Source of the DNA: Chara braunii
Taxonomy: Eukaryota; Plantae; Charophyceae
Reading direction: 5' to 3'
Assembly (NCBI GenBank): GCA_003427395.1
Contig: BFEA01000015.1
Span: 3,421,808 to 3,485,807, forward strand
DNA length: 64,000 bases
The translations under genes and the position numbers were made by a program. The notes beneath the pieces were generated by a model. It had not been told where the DNA came from. It searched no databases and saw nothing but the letters and a program-made list of their open reading frames with translations. This document shows, piece after piece, positions 62,351 through 64,000 of the stretch; the first letter of the stretch is position 1; every line of letters starts with the position of its first letter.

Positions 62351-64000
62351 ATTCTAAGGGTATAGGACCACCATTAGGACAACGCTTATGAGGGATCCGA
62401 GTATAGAAAGTTCATGTGCGAGTATGTCCTGACTAGAGTCAAAATTTCGGCTCCCTACAGTTATACGTTTTCATTTTCGTTTAGCGCCACCTTCGACCTT
62501 TTTCGATCTCGGTTGCTTGTCCCTCTGCGTTCGGTTGTGCCCAACCTTGGGTGTATGTAGACGACGAAGATGGGCAGGAGCGAGGACCAGAGGAAATATT
62601 TAGGCTATAAATTGATAAGTAGTCGGGCGAGGTTGGACTCAACCTTGGTCACGCCACACTCGGAAGTGTGAACGGTTCCGACTGCGTGTAGTAAGAATGT
62701 TTGGGGCTATAAGAACATACAGTATAGTCAGAGGTGCTTTAATCAACGAAGACGAAAGCGAAGAAGGGAGATGAGAGAGGCCTAGATCGCTCGTTCTTCA
62801 ATGGAATCAAGCGAATCAAAGGTTGAATTTGAGGTTTAGAGGTAGGGCGCATCCAAGTCTGAGGGTCAATTTTTGAATCGAGTAGGCGGTGATAAGAAAG
62901 AAGGAAGGGAGAATGTGCAAAAGAGTCAAGAAACGTAGGGAAGAGAAAGGAAGAGGTGTAAGCTGTTGTTTCTCGGTTATTCCCTAACCGATTTGGACAA
63001 ATCAAGATGATAAGTTGGGGTTCATGGGCAGTGCGAGCGTGATGGCAGTGCTGGTTTGGGTGGTAAGTTTAGTTGTTTAGTCAAGGTGGGTGTTAAGGAC
63101 TACGCAGTGTGTCAGTAAAACGAGTAAGAAGAATCAGAATCGGAACTGTATAGTCTCGTGTTTTAATGAAGGATTCACTTTCGGTTAGTATTAGAGCGTG
63201 ATCTATAACCACGCACTCTTAATTGTTGACAGGGTGCTCGTCGGCTTTCCTTTTCATCGTTGTGCCTTCTCCATTGATATAATCCTCGTTCTGCTCGTAA
63301 CCACTCGTCTCGTTGGCAGCCTTCGTTTTGCTCGTTGTGTCTGCCACAATGGTGATTTGTTTTTCTTTCGTGAGCGCGATCCAAATACACTCCGAGCATT
63401 CAAGTTGGATTGTTGAGGGAAGAAGAGAGTGAGGGTGTGGAGAGGGTAATGGTAAGAAGGAGCTATGAGGGGAAAGCGTTGGATGAACTCGGGTGTGGGA
63501 TCTCCTATCTGCGAGAAACAGACGTGATGCAGTTTCTTTGGCATGGTGTGTACCTTCTCATGTACCAACGGAAGATTCATTTTCAATTGACGTAGGAGAT
63601 CACCGTACTGTAGAAGGTCCCGATGCTGATTGGAGTTGTGATTGTTGTTGTGCCCATCTAGTCGGGTTTCCATGGTGGCTACCGCTCTTCTTTGTACTGA
63701 TCGAGTCGTCAGGGTAGTAACCGTGATGATCTTCATGTTCCAGTCCATGCTCTTCTCATTGTGGTAGTTGTCTTTTATGTCAACAGAGGGGGCACACGCA
63801 TCAGGCGACGATACAACCGTGTATCTTTTCTTATTTTGGCGAAAGATTCGTTCTCATTCTGTATATTTTGTGGACAGTAGAACAAGGTCGTAGTCGAGCG
63901 CAACAACTTATTTTGGTCATCATCGCCTTCAGCGTAGAGATCGCATTGTTTATTGACTTTTGTCCATCTCCAAGTTTATCCTACTACCCCTGTGTGATCA

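Noticed and set aside
63175-64000. Degenerate retroelement RNase H-like coding on the minus strand
   Set aside because: Only a faint resemblance across stops and frameshifts, and it is cut by the window edge.

Overview
Eukaryotic, almost wholly repetitive DNA with no intact host gene that I can support. The retroelement ORF style, plant-type tRNA-iMet PBS and plant-type U6 fragment suggest a streptophyte alga such as Chara (inference). Layout: a 91-bp satellite (1-1135); a decayed minus-strand Ty3/gypsy element (~2340-11788); an L1/Tx1-type LINE (11789-15320); a head-to-tail pair of related gypsy-type units (15321-17619 and 17622-23020); a MITE/tRNA-SINE/LINE nest (23.8-40 kb) including a TSD-flanked non-coding retroposon; a ~15-kb probable DNA element (43-58 kb) with dozens of GTCGTGT-N3-ACACGAC palindromes upstream of a ParB-like/Ulp1 pseudogene; and a tRNA-like plus U6-like pair at 62.1-62.35 kb. 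Nextera junction adapters and N-gaps show local assembly artefacts. Best candidates for novelty: (1) a gypsy lineage whose LTR-like leader encodes a conserved protein, whose PBS abuts a non-CA end, and whose units join through a CA-TA-TG junction with no PPT, suggesting single-LTR or circularly permuted replication; (2) the palindrome array next to a ParB-like plus SUMO-protease gene.
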